The notes under the pieces are model-generated. The model saw only the letters and a program-made list of their open reading frames with translations, did no database searches and was not told the DNA's origin. Positions 32,293 to 33,015 of a stretch of 33,015 nucleotides of DNA are shown piece after piece. The translations under genes were made by a program, and so were the position numbers. Source of the stretch: a virus (lineage: Duplodnaviria > Caudoviricetes); IMG/VR virus record IMGVR_UViG_3300049828_000097, positions 1 through 33,015 of that record; one strand, 5' to 3'. Numbering within the stretch: the first letter of the stretch is position 1; the number at the start of each line of letters is the position of its first letter.

Positions 32293-32818
32293 GGGTTACT
32301 TGTCCTTCGATAGTTTTGGTGTTGGCGAATTTCATGAAGTCCTCAGCGAGCTTTGCCAGCCTCTCCGTGACTCCTTCCTGTGTGGTCGTGTCCAAGGCCC
32401 TAGCCGACTTATCCAACATCTCCTGCCGTTCGATAAGTTTATCCAGAACCTTTACCGCAGTGTCCGCAGACACGGGTTTACGTACCATCTGTCCCGTCTT
32501 CTGGTCGTAGAGGAAATCTCCGTTCTGCAACCGATCCTCCAACTGCATGTTTGCCAGTTCTATGGACTTGACGAGCTTGCCTGACAGTTGAACTTTGGAA
32601 GACTTCCGGACTTCGTTCTCAGCCTCGTTCCACCAAGGGGAGGCTTTCCATTTCCGGAGAGTGCGTTCGGGAATCCCTGTCATGCGCCCAACCAGCGCCA
32701 GATTACCGAAAAGAAGATAAGAAGCTACCGCGTCGTATTTTTGCTTTTCTGACCACCAAGCTTGCTGTTGATCGCTTGGCCGTTTGTCTCGGTACTTTAC
32801 CACGACTTGTTTAACCAT
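32081..32818 (-). CDS. putative terminase small subunit (HTH)
   Basis: First gene of the operon, RBS AAGGAG; HTH GNLALVGRMTGIPERTLRKWK..PWW; DRLQNGD...RKPVS helical core. Confidence 0.7.
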   Translation of the reverse strand: MVKQVVVKYRDKRPSDQQQAWWSEKQKYDAVASYLLFGNLALVGRMTGIPERTLRKWKASPWWNEAENEVRKSSKVQLSGKLVKSIELANMQLEDRLQNGDFLYDQKTGQMVRKPVSADTAVKVLDKLIERQEMLDKSARALDTTTQEGVTERLAKLAEDFMKFANTKTIEGQVTHEISEAIDAEVVREEGTSGDAEDSGVDAVATSDAECGSGSDSSGVSADPDPATDSDEAGGDASRVASGDV

Positions 32819-32846
32819 GCTAGGTACTCCTTCTCACGAGGCGCGA

Positions 32847-32876
32847 ATTATACCACAACGCGCCCAGTAAAGTAAA
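32847..32876 (-). promoter_or_regulatory. sigma70-type promoter for the morphogenesis operon
   Basis: On the - strand TTTACT-18 nt-TATAAT with an extended -10 (TGTGGTATAAT), about 30 nt upstream of the terS ATG. Confidence 0.7.
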
Positions 32877-32931
32877 GAGGCAGGGACTAGCTTTTTAAGA
32901 GGCAGGGGAGTATAATCTCTTTAAGAGGCAG
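32875..32931 (+). repeat. three direct repeats AAGAGGCAG
   Basis: Exact 9-mer at 32875, 32897 and 32923; copies 2 and 3 extend to TTTAAGAGGCAG. Confidence 0.85.
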
Positions 32932-32978
32932 TTGAACTTCAGGAACTTCTTCTGAAATATGTTGTCTAATATAAGAAC

Positions 32979-33015
32979 ATATATAGTATATATAGTATAT
33001 ATATATAGTATATAT
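32979..33015. repeat. AT-rich (TA)n-G tandem repeat running off the window end
   Basis: ATATATAGTATATATAGTATATATATATAGTATATAT. Confidence 0.85.

Noticed and set aside
1-33015. Alternative genetic code / stop-codon reassignment
   Set aside because: All recognisable genes are full length in the standard code and tile the window densely; the tRNA is not a suppressor.

Overview
This window is most of a tailed dsDNA phage genome, probably a lytic podovirus of a Gram-negative host (spanins are present and no integrase is seen). Two arms converge near 3.48 kb. The + arm (1-3491) carries a holin-like fragment, a nested Rz/Rz1 spanin pair, small conserved ORFs, a DUF3310 protein, a B12-dependent class II ribonucleotide reductase, a tRNA-Thr(UGU) and an unannotated 55-aa acidic ORF. 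The - arm (32818 to 3472) is one tightly coupled morphogenesis operon behind a sigma70-like promoter. In order it encodes TerS, an HNH nuclease, TerL, portal, a GroES co-chaperonin, scaffold, capsid proteins, a 714-aa Ser/Thr/Asn-rich repeat fibre, a glycosyltransferase, a methyltransferase, a Zn-knuckle/DUF4082-like fusion, adaptor, P22-gp10-like tail hub, a C1q-like tip protein, five or six probable ejection proteins (the largest is 1660 aa with a zincin motif), a holin and a GH108 endolysin. The best candidate for an undescribed system is the translationally coupled fibre + glycosyltransferase + methyltransferase + AFQ-repeat cassette inside the virion genes, a possible phage-encoded virion glycosylation/methylation module. 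All family calls come from motif recognition by eye and all counts were done by hand; no searches were run.
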